A stretch of DNA of 64,000 nucleotides, from positions 192,001 to 256,000 of the forward strand of contig CAXXVO010000014.1 of assembly GCA_963422645.2 (NCBI GenBank), read 5' to 3'. The notes under the pieces were generated by a model that saw nothing but the letters and a program-made list of their open reading frames with translations, searched no databases and had not been told where the DNA came from. Source of the DNA: Alphaproteobacteria bacterium (lineage in GTDB: Bacteria; Pseudomonadota; Alphaproteobacteria; UBA828). The position numbers were made by a program, and so were the translations under genes. This document shows, piece after piece, positions 10,264 through 20,707 of the stretch; the stretch's first letter is position 1; the number at the start of each line of letters is the position of its first letter.

Positions 10264-11240
10264 GCGCGGCGCAGCAGGGCAAGGGGGCCGAGCCCGCCTG
10301 GGTCAAGGCGGCGGCCAATCAATCGCGGCTCGCCTTCGGGCTTGCCGTGACCGAGCTCGGCCGGCGCGACGAGCGGGTGGTGGCGGTCTCCGCAGACACG
10401 CTCGACCTGATCGGGCTCCGGGGCTTTGTCGAGCACGCGCCCGAGCGTGTCATCGACGTCGGCATCGCAGAGCAGAACGCCATGGGCGTGGCCGCGGGCC
10501 TCGCCACCACGGGCCTGCGCCCCTTCGTCTGCGGCTACGCGCCCTTCATTTCCGCGCGTTCCATGGAGCAGGTGCGGAACGAGGTCGCCTATGCCGATCA
10601 GCGCGTGGTGATCGGCGCGGCTGCGAGCGGGGTCTCGCTTGCCGTCTCGGGCGGCACGCACCATGCGCTGGAGGACCTCGCGCTGATGCGGAGCTTGCCG
10701 AACATGAGGGTGCTGGTGCCGGCGGACGCCCACGAGGCGTGGCATGCGACTCTGGCCACCGACGAGATCGACGGTCCCGCCTACATTCGCCTCGGCGGGC
10801 GCGTGCCCGAGCCCCCGGTGACGCCGGTCGATGCACCCTTCAGCCTGGGCAAGGCCGCGTGTCTTGCCGAGGGCGCGGACGTCGCCGTGGTCGCCTGTGG
10901 AGCCCTGGTGGCGCCGGCCGTAAATGCCGCCGAGGAACTGGCGCGGCAGGGTGTCGGCGCGCGCGTCCTCAACATGTCCACGATCAAGCCGCTCGACGAG
11001 GATGCGATCCTCGCCGCCGCCGAGGAGACGCGGGGCATCGTCACCGCCGAGGAGCATCATCTGACCGGTGGGCTCGGCGGCGCGGTGGCGGAGTTGCTGG
11101 CCGTCAAGCGGCCCACGCCCATGCGCATGGTCGGCATGCCCGACGAGTTCGCCGTCGTCGGCCCGACCGACCGAATCCGCGCCCGCTACGGCATGAGCGC
11201 CCAGCACATCGTGGACGCCTGCCTCGACTTGTTGAAATAG
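10260..11240 (+). CDS. Transketolase C-terminal subunit
   Basis: DVGIAEQN, GGTHHALED, EEHHLTGGLG; ATGA overlap with the N-terminal subunit. Confidence 0.9.
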   Translation: MSAAQQGKGAEPAWVKAAANQSRLAFGLAVTELGRRDERVVAVSADTLDLIGLRGFVEHAPERVIDVGIAEQNAMGVAAGLATTGLRPFVCGYAPFISARSMEQVRNEVAYADQRVVIGAAASGVSLAVSGGTHHALEDLALMRSLPNMRVLVPADAHEAWHATLATDEIDGPAYIRLGGRVPEPPVTPVDAPFSLGKAACLAEGADVAVVACGALVAPAVNAAEELARQGVGARVLNMSTIKPLDEDAILAAAEETRGIVTAEEHHLTGGLGGAVAELLAVKRPTPMRMVGMPDEFAVVGPTDRIRARYGMSAQHIVDACLDLLK

Positions 11241-11256
11241 GGGCGCTGCGCCAAGC

Positions 11257-11791
11257 GTGACGCAACAGGAATCCCACAGGCATCACTTCGTTCCTGAGTT
11301 TCTGCTGAAGCCCTGGGCGAAAAATGGCGAACTAGACGGCTTCTGGTGGGACGGTCGAATGGGGCGACTGTCACGCAAGCGTATGGGATGCAAAGCATTC
11401 TGTTTCAAGACCGATCTTCTAACAGTTAACCACCACGAAGAGGGACGGGACGTACTCGAGCGAAAGTTCTTTGGAGATGTCGATGCAAGAGGAGCACTTG
11501 CACGTGACTGCCTTCTCGCAGACGGTCCGGGGGCTATGGGCCATGACCACCGATGCGATTTCGCTCGGCTACTACTTTCTCTCGAAGCTCGACGACCAAC
11601 TATCGTTCGCCGGTTGCGCAACTATGGAACACAGTACTTGTCGGACGCGATTGATGGCGATCCCGACATACAACGTGAAATGACAAATGAAGGCTTGGCC
11701 GGAAGTCCCTCCAAGTTCCTGGAGGAACAGAATATCTCGTTAGAGGATGAGGCGATCGGTAGCATTCAACAGCTTGTCGACAATCCAAGGC
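11257..11791 (+). pseudogene. DUF4238-family protein truncated by an ISX end
   Basis: N-terminal HHFVPEFLLKPW motif; lower GC; frame runs into the ISX terminal repeat at 11792. Confidence 0.7.
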
Positions 11792-12046
11792 TCAGACTTC
11801 CTGACCTCGTGATGCTGGCTGTTCTGGGCAGCGTGCCGGGAACTCCTTGAATTCTGATACATTTCGGTTGTTTCAGGCGGTTTTTCGCTGGGTGTCGCGC
11901 CCGAGGTCTGATATTATAATTTGATACCAATTGCACGGTCTCAACCATGCCCAGTACCCTCCCAATGTGCCCTCCAGAGGCGGTCTCGATCGGCAACAGC
12001 TGCTTCGCCGTCCTGATCTCGGACGACACCTTCACCTACTTTTCCA
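11792..12046 (+). mobile_element. ISX 5' (promoter) end fragment, 255 bp, cut by IS66-A copy 1
   Basis: Reverse complement of 15929-16183; starts with the TIR TCAGACTTCCTGACCTC. Confidence 0.9.
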
Positions 12047-13669
12047 GTAACTGCCCAGGTCGTCTGATTTGTCATTTTGGGCCAGTGGATTGAGGCGTTT
12101 CTCGTTCGGAGTTGGTGGAAAGGGCTTGACGGGAATTTCGGGAAATGACTCAACAACGACATGAGCAATCCCGAGTCGCCGCGCGGCCCTTCGACGGGAG
12201 CAGCGCCCGAAACGCCCGCGCAGAAGATCGCCCGCCTGGAGGAGGAGAACGCCCGGCTTCGGGAGGAAAATGCCTGGCTTCGGCAGCAGAACGCGCGGCT
12301 GGAAGAGCAAGTCGCGCGTCTCGTCGAGCGCATCGAGGAGTTGGAGCGCCGTCTCGGCCTCAACAGCGGCAACAGCGGCAAGCCGCCTTCGAGCGATGGG
12401 CTGAGGAAGCCGAATTCGAAGCGGCGAACCCGAAGCCTGCGCGGCAAATCGGGCCGCAAGCCCGGTGGCCAGCCCGGCCACAAGGGCAAGACGCTGCGCC
12501 GCGCCGATCACCCGGATCGGGTGAAGGATCACGTCCCGGCTTCCTGCAAGGGATGCGGTTCGCCGCTTTCGGACGCGGCCAGGGCGGGAACGCCCGTCGC
12601 CCGCCAGGTGTTCGATCTGCCCGAGCCGAGCCCCCTGGAGGTGACCGAGCACCGGGCGCATGCCAAGTGCTGCGGGCATTGCGGGACGGTGACCCGGGCG
12701 GCGTTCCCCGACGGGGTGTCGGCGCCGGTGCAGTACGGCCCGCGCATTGCCGGGGTGGCGGTCTACCTTCAGCACGCTCACTTCCTGCCGGAGGATCGGC
12801 TGTCGCAGGTGATGGCCGAGCTCTTCGGCGCGCCGGTGACGGCTGCGACGTTGGCGACGATGAGCGAGAGGGCGGCCGAGCGGCTTGCGGGACGCGGCCT
12901 TGCACATACAGGACCTGGCGGCGGGCACGGCGCGGGTGAAACACATGGACGAGACCGGCTTGCGGATCGGCGGTCAGACGCAGTGGCTTCATGTGATCTG
13001 CACGCCGCTGCTGGCGGCGTACCGGGTCAGCGGCAAGCGCGGCGCCCTGCTCTCGGGTGTCTCCGGCATCGTCGTGCACGATCACTGGAAGCCGTACTTC
13101 GCGATGGAAGGGGTGGAGCACGGCCTGTGCAACGCCCATCACCTGCGGGAGTTGCAGGCGCTGGTGGACATCGAAGGGGAGGCTTGGGCCCGGCGGATGC
13201 AGCAGCTCCTGCGCCGAGCCAATCGCGCCGCCCGCATCGCGCTGGACAAGGATATCGCCGTTCCGGCGAGGCTTGTGGCGCTGATCGAGCGCCGATACGA
13301 CGAGATCATCGCCGATGCGCTGGCCTTTCACGAGAGCCAACCACCGTTCTCGCCTGGCAAGAGGAAGAAGCGCCGGAAGCGAAGGATCGGTCACAATCTG
13401 GCCTTGAGGCTGCGCGACCACAAATGCGCGGTGCTCCGGTTCCTGATCGACCTCGAGGTCGGGTTCACGAACAACGAGGCCGAGCGCGACCTTCGGATGA
13501 TGAAGCTGCGCCAGAAGATCTCCGGGGGCTTCCGGTCCGCGCAGGGGGCCGAGAACTTCGCCATCCTGCGCAGCGTCATCACCACCGCCAGAAAGCAGGG
13601 CTGGAATATCATCGAAGCCCTGACCAGCCCATCGGATCGGCTCATCGCCACCGTCAAGTGCGCGTAAGC
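12047..13669 (+). mobile_element. IS66-A copy 1 (single-ORF IS66, frameshifted, right end lost)
   Basis: GTAACTGCCCAGGT left IR; TnpC ORFs 12161.. and ..13667 split by an extra T at ~12886; interrupted by ISX at 13670. Confidence 0.92.
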
Positions 13670-16183
13670 TCAGACTTCCTGACCTCTGCTGATTTTAGGT
13701 GACACGAGCCGCGCGGATTCCGAGGCCCCGTCGATGTCGTAGACTATGCGCAGACGGGTGCCGGGGAAGACCGTTTCGGTGGCGTTCAGGTCGCTCAGAA
13801 CCGCATCGATCCAACGGTCGCAGGCGTCGTTTGCGAGGCCAAGAATGTGGACCCGCAGGAGGCCATTGCCAGGATCCGGCAGGATGTCGGCATCGGCGGT
13901 GAGCAGCGCTTGAAGCAGTTTCCGGGGATGGGGCTTGTGGCCCTGCGCCTGCATGACGGGAAGCATCATGCGGGTTTCGGCGCGGTAGGCGATCATCCGG
14001 ATGACGTCGAGGAGGAGGCGCTCGCGCGCGGGCAAGGCATCGAGCTGCTCGGCTTCGTCGAGGTCGCCGGCCCGGCAGTGCTTGGGCGTCTCCCTGCGGC
14101 TGGCCCTGACGATGTCGCGGACATCCTGGAGGTCCCTGACTTCCCTCCTGAGTTCCGCCGTCGGCTGCTTCTTCCGGGCCGTGTCGGCGATGCGGTTGCG
14201 CAGGCGGCCAAGCTGGCGGTCGAGGCGATGGATTGCCTTGTCATAGGCCCGCCGCAGCGGGTTGACGACCATGGCGGCGGGATCGAGAGGCTCGAGCTCG
14301 TGGGTCGGCAGGGCGTCGAGATTGAACTCGTCACGCATGTACTTGAAGAAGTTCTCCTGCGACCAGCGCGAGAACATGGCGCCCGCAACCTCAGCCATCG
14401 GCTTGTGCGGATCGGTGGTGATCAGCGGCACCTGACGGCCGTTGTCGAGCAGGCGGCGGATCTGGCGCACCCTGAAGCCGTTCGGCAACGTCACCGGCTT
14501 CTCAGCCAGCCGCATGGTGGCGCTGCCGTCCGCCGCCGGTCCGTGAATGGGAACGGTCATCGCGCCGAAGTCCTCGGCCGGCCAGTCCTCGCCCCTGAAG
14601 TTCTTGTGCCAGGTCAGGCAGGCGACGCCGCGCCTCGCCAGCCGGCGGAACAGATCCGGGCTCCAGCCCTCGCGGTCGAAGACCAGGGTGAGCGCCGGCT
14701 GGCCGGGATGCTCGGCGGTCAGGTCCGGCGCCCCGGCGCCAACGATCCCAAGCTCCTGCAGCGCCGGCACCACGTCGGCTTCGATGGCCGCGACCATCTT
14801 CGGGTCCAGCGGCTTGTGCAGACAGAGCAGCGGCTTGCCGCCCAGAGCGTTGATCCAGTAGCTGGCGCTCGCCGGCAGGCACAGCTTCTCGCGCGAGACG
14901 AAGTGCTTGGGCAAGCGCCCCTTGCGGCCGGAGTAGACCTTGACGTGCCCGTCGATGGCCAGCGTCGCCCAGAGCTCCGGCTCGTCGGCCTTGCCAGCGC
15001 CTGGCAAGGGCGAGCTGCCACGCCCGCACGCCGGCCTCGTCGTCGGCGATGAGAGCGATCTTGCGGCGCAGCGTCTTGACCTCGGGGCAGCGATCGAGGC
15101 CGAGAATGGCGCCCCATTCGCCCGGCGCCTGGTAGCGCAGGCTCTCGGGGTTGCGCACCCGCGCCAAGGTCATGAAGGCCAGGAAGAGCAGGATCGTAGG
15201 CAAGCCGTAATAGCCCTTCGGCAGCAATGGCAGGAGACCGGTCTCGGAGAGAAGACCTTCCTTCAGCAGGGCCGGCAGGGCGGCGAGCACGCCGCCGAAG
15301 CGGACACCGCGGGCGGCGGCGGCGAACTGCGGTTCGACCGGCCCCGCCTGTCCACAACTGGCCAGAACCCGAGCCGGAACATCGCAAGTCGCACGCCCCA
15401 TCGGCGCCTGCCGGTCCCGCCGATCGCGCGCGCTGCGATCCGTTTGCGGCTGCGCTTCCAGCCCCGGCGCCGTCTCCGGCCCCGGGGCACCGGTACTCTC
15501 TTCATCGACACGGCCTTCAGGAGCCGCACCCGCGTCAGGCGGCGCAGCCAGCGCTGAGCGTCCGGGCTCCCCATCCGCCTCCGTGTTGCCGATCAGTCCC
15601 TGACGGCGCCACTTGTTGACCGATGGCGCTGACACGCCGAGAACCCGGGCCGCCGCAGAGCCGCTCAGGCCCGATGCCAGCAACGCCGTCGCCTTCTCCG
15701 CCAACTCCGGAGTGAACACCGACGGCCCGCGACCGCGCCGGGGCTTCATGAACCCCGCTTCGCCCTCGGCCAGGTAGCGCCGTCGTGCGCGCTGCACCGT
15801 CGCGCGCGAGACAGCGAAAGCGTCAGCCAGTTCCTGCGGCGAGACCGCGCTGATCGCCGCGAGGCGGCCGATCCGCAAGAGCATGGCCGTGCGGTCATCG
15901 GCGGCGTGGCTGTCAAAGGGAATGAGGTTGGAAAAGTAGGTGAAGGTGTCGTCCGAGATCAGGACGGCGAAGCAGCTGTTGCCGATCGAGACCGCCTCTG
16001 GAGGGCACATTGGGAGGGTACTGGGCATGGTTGAGACCGTGCAATTGGTATCAAATTATAATATCAGACCTCGGGCGCGACACCCAGCGAAAAACCGCCT
16101 GAAACAACCGAAATGTATCAGAATTCAAGGAGTTCCCGGCACGCTGCCCAGAACAGCCAGCATCACGAGGTCAGGAAGTCTGA
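13670..16183 (-). mobile_element. ISX copy 1: 2514-bp DDE element (IS4/IS1634-like clan), frameshifted transposase
   Basis: 17-bp perfect TIR TCAGACTTCCTGACCTC; ORFs 16028..14502 and 15007..13670 with HTH, IDGHVKVY, VFDREGW and RWSQENFFK motifs. Confidence 0.88.
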
Positions 16184-16273
16184 ATCTATACAGTCAAGCG
16201 GGGATCAACGACGCGCCGACGGCGAAACGGCACCGACGGCAAGCAACATCAGCACGCACTCAGAACTGGCGGC

Positions 16274-16292
16274 GGGGTACCTGGGTAGTTAC
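16274..16292. mobile_element. Orphan IS66-type terminal inverted repeat
   Basis: GGGGTACCTGGGTAGTTAC is the exact reverse complement of the first 19 bp of IS66-B, but the internal flanking sequence differs. Confidence 0.75.
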
Positions 16293-16368
16293 GTATTTTC
16301 AATCGTCGACTTTTCCTGATATATGGCGTCGCACTTATAGTTCGCCGAGTTGCAAGGGAGGAAAACTT

Positions 16369-16659
16369 ATGGCGAGACCGTCTTTCGCCAAGATCGACGA
16401 GAGCACGCTCACAAAGGGGCAGCTCCGCAAGCTCGAAACGCTGCGCAGATCTGTGGGTGAGGAGATCGGTGAGCGCGCGTTTGCCGCATGGTTAGCCACA
16501 CAACCAAAGCCGGTGGTGGTCGAGAAGGATCACGACGCCGAATTGATTGTCGATACACTCTGGCCGCTTGTCCAGCACGGTGCGCTGGAAATTCCGCGGG
16601 GTGGCTACCTGATTCGGCGCGGACGTCATCGCGTTATTGTCGAGCCCGTGAGGCCGTAG
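16369..16659 (+). CDS. Hypothetical protein (96 aa)
   Basis: Strong RBS GGGAGG before ATG; MARPSFAKIDESTLTKGQLRKL... Confidence 0.7.
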   Translation: MARPSFAKIDESTLTKGQLRKLETLRRSVGEEIGERAFAAWLATQPKPVVVEKDHDAELIVDTLWPLVQHGALEIPRGGYLIRRGRHRVIVEPVRP

Positions 16660-16880
16660 AACGGGACAGGCGCCGCCCCTTAGCTGGGGGTGCCATCAGC
16701 CTCAAGAACGAAGTGGGCGGAAGCGTCTCAATCTTGCCCTGCGCTCCGTCGCAACCTCAGACCGTGTTCGCCCTATAATTCCGCACCTTGCGGAAATCAG
16801 TGACTCGGAAGGGCGCCGTTGAATTGCGCGCGGCTGACGGTGACACGTGACCCAAGAGTGAGGTGAGAGGCACTTAACAC

Positions 16881-16902
16881 CCCGGACCATGGTGCGGTGC
16901 AC
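16881..16902 (+). promoter_or_regulatory. Conserved quasi-palindromic left-end motif CCCGGACCATGGTGCGGTGCAC (possible late-promoter or activator site)
   Basis: Exact 22-bp inverted copy at 60122-60143; lies ~30 bp upstream of an ATG in both places. Confidence 0.55.
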
Positions 16903-17823
16903 AGGGCGGCCGGCGTGGGGCAATGTCCGCGCCATGAACGCTCTCAACGCTCCCCCGCCTTCCCACCACACCCGTCGAGGCCGCCCGTGAGCGCGCTCGA
17001 CGGGTGGATCGACATCTGCCGCGCTGGAAACTGGCACGATATGGCCGGGCGCGACGTGCGCCTCGATGAAGACCGGCTGGACCGTATCATCGCAGCGCAG
17101 TCCGCAGCCGACCCCGCGCCGGTCGTGGTTGGTCACCCTGAGGAGAACGCGCCGGCGTATGGCTGGGTCGACAGCCTGCGCCGCGTCGGCGACCGTCTGC
17201 AGGCGAAGCTGCGCGACATCGCGCCGGCCTTCCGCGAGGCGGTCGAGGACGGCCGCTACGCTGGCCGCTCTATCGCCCTCCAGGGCGACACCCTGCGCCA
17301 TCTCGGATTTCTTGGCGGCCGCGCACCGGCGGTGCCGGGCCTCGCTCCGACCTGCTTCGCATCCGCGCCGGAGTCGGTGATCGCCTTCGCCGACAGCACC
17401 GCCGAGGCCCCGCAGATCTCATCCGACGCACAGCCCGACTCTCTCCGCGCCCTGGAGCCGAGAGGGGACGAAGACGGCAACAGCCTCGTCCCCCTCCGTG
17501 CCCCCCAGGGCCGGGGAGAGGCCGAAGAGGACGGCTGCCAAGCTACCCATGATGTGGCGGGCAAGGAGAGCCAGGCTGCGGAGCAGCCTGGAGCGCGCGA
17601 CCGAGCGCCGCGCCGAATGGCGCGAAGCCAAGTGAGCGGAGCGAACGCCCGGCGCTTGAGGGAAATGAACGATCAAGAAACGTAACTACCCAGGTACCCC
17701 AATCCTGAGTTGAGGACGGTGATTATGGCGGCGGCCGCGGCCTGGTTCTGCCACCGCGATTGGTTCTTGACCTCATAGAGTTGCGGGACTATGGACTGCT
17801 CTCTCGCGTGACGGGAGCGGTCC

Positions 17824-18489
17824 ATGGGGTATTTCGGCTCGAAGGCGACAGCAGGTCTGTGCCAAGCGCTGATTGCGCTGATGCCGCCGCACTCCGTCTA
17901 CATCGAAAGCCACCTTGGGGGCGGGGCGCTGATGAAGCGCAAGCCGCCGGCCGTGCGTTCGATCGGCATCGACCGCGATGCGCAGGCGCTCGAGGCCTTC
18001 GTCTGCGACTACCCGGTCGATCTGGTTCACGGCTGTGCCCATGACTTCCTGGCCTCGTTCCCGTTCCTGGGCCCGGAGCTGGTTTACAGCGATCCGCCCT
18101 ATCTGCACGCGACCCGCCGCTCGGCGCAGCGCTACCGCTTCGAGTACGAGGAGGCCGGCCACGTCGCGCTTCTCGCGCTGCTCAAGGCTCTGCCCTGCCA
18201 GGTCATGATCTCGGGCCATCCGTCGGCGCTCTATGACGAGGTGCTGGCGGGATGGCGCCGGCTGGCGCTGCAGGTCACGACCCAGGGTCTGGTGCGAACC
18301 GAGGTCGTCTGGTTCAACTACGCCCCCGACCGGATGCATTGGGCCAGCCACGCAGGCCGGAACTTCACCGACCGCCAGCGCATCAAGCGCAAGGCAGCCA
18401 ACTGGGGCCGGCGCTACCAGGCCTTGCCGCCGGGCGAACGCCTCGCCGTGCTCGCCGCCATGATGGCCGTCGAGGCCGAAGACACGTGA
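17824..18489 (+). CDS. DNA N6-adenine methyltransferase (D12/Dam-like alpha class)
   Basis: YFGSK (motif X), ESHLGGG (motif I), YSDPPY (motif IV). Confidence 0.85.
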   Translation: MGYFGSKATAGLCQALIALMPPHSVYIESHLGGGALMKRKPPAVRSIGIDRDAQALEAFVCDYPVDLVHGCAHDFLASFPFLGPELVYSDPPYLHATRRSAQRYRFEYEEAGHVALLALLKALPCQVMISGHPSALYDEVLAGWRRLALQVTTQGLVRTEVVWFNYAPDRMHWASHAGRNFTDRQRIKRKAANWGRRYQALPPGERLAVLAAMMAVEAEDT

Positions 18490-20024
18490 CGGTGTCGCAC
18501 TGGCACGAAGACCTCGCCGCCCGTAACGAGGCCTTCTGCTGCCTGAAGGAGCTTCTCGAGCCATCATCCCTCGCAACCACTGTCGTCGTTGCCGTCCGGG
18601 AATGGGGGCAGGGGCTGCTGCGATCAGCCACCGCGCTCGCCCGGGAAAATGCCGCACTCGAGCAGGAGAACGCGGCCCTGCGCGAGCGCATCGCCGAACT
18701 CGAGCGCAGCGCGGCCCTCAACAGCACCACAAGCAGCAAGCCCCCCGCCAGCGACGGGCTCAAGAAGAAAAGCGGAGCCCAGAGGCGCACCCAAAGCCAG
18801 CGCGGAAAGTCCGGCGGGCCCAGTGGCGGCCAGCCCGGCCACAAGGGAACCACCCTCGCGCGGAGCGACAGCCCGGACCGTGTCGTCGATCACCACCCCT
18901 CCACCTGTTCCGGCTGTGGCGTCGAGCTCTCGGACGCCGACCGGCAAGGCGCGCCCGCCTGTCGGCAGGTCTTCGACGTACCCGAGCCGCAGCCTCTCGA
19001 GGTCACCGAACACCGCGCCCATCGCTGCCTCTGCGGCGCATGCGGCACGCTGACACGAGCCGCCTTCCCGCCGGGCGTCACCGCCCCGGTCCAGTACGGC
19101 CCTCGCATCACCGCTTGGGTGAGTTACCTGCTGTACGCCCAGTTCGTGCCCGAGAAGCGTCTGGCCGAACTCATGAGCGACATCTTCGCGGTGTCCATCT
19201 CCACTGCCACGATCGCCGCCATGGGCCGGCGCACAGCGCAGCGCTTCGAGGGCTTCCTCGACCATGTCGCCGATCTGATCCGCACGCAGGCGCCGGTCAA
19301 GCACCTCGACGAGACCGGCCTGCGTATCGCCGCCCGTACCCGCTGGCTCCATGTGCTGTGCACCCCGTTGCTCACCGTCCTGCGCATCGGCGAGGGACGC
19401 GGCGATGTCGAAAAGAACCTGAAAGGCATCCTCGTCCACGACGACTTCGCCCCCTACTTCACCATCAAGGGCGTCCGCCACGGCGCCTGCAACGCACATC
19501 ACCTGCGCGAACTCCAGGCCCTGATCGACATCGAGAAGGAGGAATGGGCGGCGAGCATGCACCGCCTGCTTCAGCGCGCGCGCAGGGCCGCCCGCTTCGC
19601 CCGTGAGAAAGACCGTCAAGTCCCCGCCTCCCTGGTGGCCCGCATCTCAAGGGCATGGGACCGTATCCTCGAAGAAGCCATCGCCTTCCATGAGGCCCAA
19701 CCGCCGCTCCAGATCGCAAAGCGAGGGCGAAAGAAACGCCGCATCGGCCACAACCTCGCGCGCCGCCTTCAAAAGCATAAGGAGGGCTGCCTGCGCTTCC
19801 TCACCGACCTGCGCACGCCGTTCACGAATAACGAGGCGGAGCGTGACATCCGTATGAACAAAGTGCATGAGAAGATCTCAGGCGGCTTCCGCTCCCTGCA
19901 AGGCGCCTGCAACTTCGCCGGAATGCGCAGCGTCATCGTCACCGCTCGAAAGCAAGGCTGGAACATCCTGCAAATCCTGGCGCACCCGGAACCGATGCAG
20001 CTGATCCCTATACTGCGCTCCTGA
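18486..20024 (+). CDS. IS66 family transposase (TnpC-type, intact)
   Basis: SSKPPASDG, CxxC zinc finger, HLDETG, VHDD, CNAHHLREL, TNNEAERDIR; GTGA overlap with the MTase stop. Confidence 0.93.
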   Translation: MTVSHWHEDLAARNEAFCCLKELLEPSSLATTVVVAVREWGQGLLRSATALARENAALEQENAALRERIAELERSAALNSTTSSKPPASDGLKKKSGAQRRTQSQRGKSGGPSGGQPGHKGTTLARSDSPDRVVDHHPSTCSGCGVELSDADRQGAPACRQVFDVPEPQPLEVTEHRAHRCLCGACGTLTRAAFPPGVTAPVQYGPRITAWVSYLLYAQFVPEKRLAELMSDIFAVSISTATIAAMGRRTAQRFEGFLDHVADLIRTQAPVKHLDETGLRIAARTRWLHVLCTPLLTVLRIGEGRGDVEKNLKGILVHDDFAPYFTIKGVRHGACNAHHLRELQALIDIEKEEWAASMHRLLQRARRAARFAREKDRQVPASLVARISRAWDRILEEAIAFHEAQPPLQIAKRGRKKRRIGHNLARRLQKHKEGCLRFLTDLRTPFTNNEAERDIRMNKVHEKISGGFRSLQGACNFAGMRSVIVTARKQGWNILQILAHPEPMQLIPILRS

Positions 20025-20707
20025 ACTTCTCCGGCTCATCCTGAGTATCGCTGTCCTCTCATCTTGTTCGCGACGCGGCGTTCATCATCCTCTCGCGCTC
20101 AAGAGAGTAGGCACCCCCGCGGCGTGGGGGCGTTGACGCAAAAGGAACTGGCTTGTTCCATAAGAGAGAGGGGGTACCTGGGCAGTTACCAAGAAACAGC
20201 GTTGGCGGAGCGGGAGGCGGTCCTGCTCGCCCGCGAGGCGGCGGCGACGGCCGACGACAGGCGCCGGGCGGCCGAGACGGCCATCGCGACCCATGTCGAA
20301 GCGGGTCGCGTCCTGCCCGGGGAGCGGGCGGCGCTGGTTGCGCTGCTCGCCGCGCTCGGCGAGGGCCAAGACAACGGCGACGAGGGCGCTGCAGGCGGGC
20401 ACGCCACCATCGCGTTTGCGTCGGCCTCGGGCGGCGAGGAGCGAATGCGGCCCGCCGCCATTCTGGAAAGATTCATCGAGGGCCTGCCCAGGCGCGTGGA
20501 TTACCGGACGCTCGCGGGCGGCCCGGTGCCGGGCGCGTCGGCGTTCGCGGGCAATGACGAGAATGCGGGCGAGGATAGCGAGCGAATCGCTGCCGAGGCC
20601 CGCGCGCTGATGACGGCGGAGGCGGAGAGGGGCGTGACCCTTACCCCCGCCGAGGCCGTCGACCGGGCGCGCGCCAAGCGCGGGCTCGGCATCGAAGGAG
20701 GAACGCA

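Larger units (their letters stand above)
17682..20189 (+). mobile_element. IS66-B, 2508 bp, carrying a DNA methyltransferase passenger
   Basis: IRs GTAACT(A/G)CCCAGGTACCCC; 8-bp TSD CAAGAAAC at 17674-17681 and 20190-20197. Confidence 0.95.
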
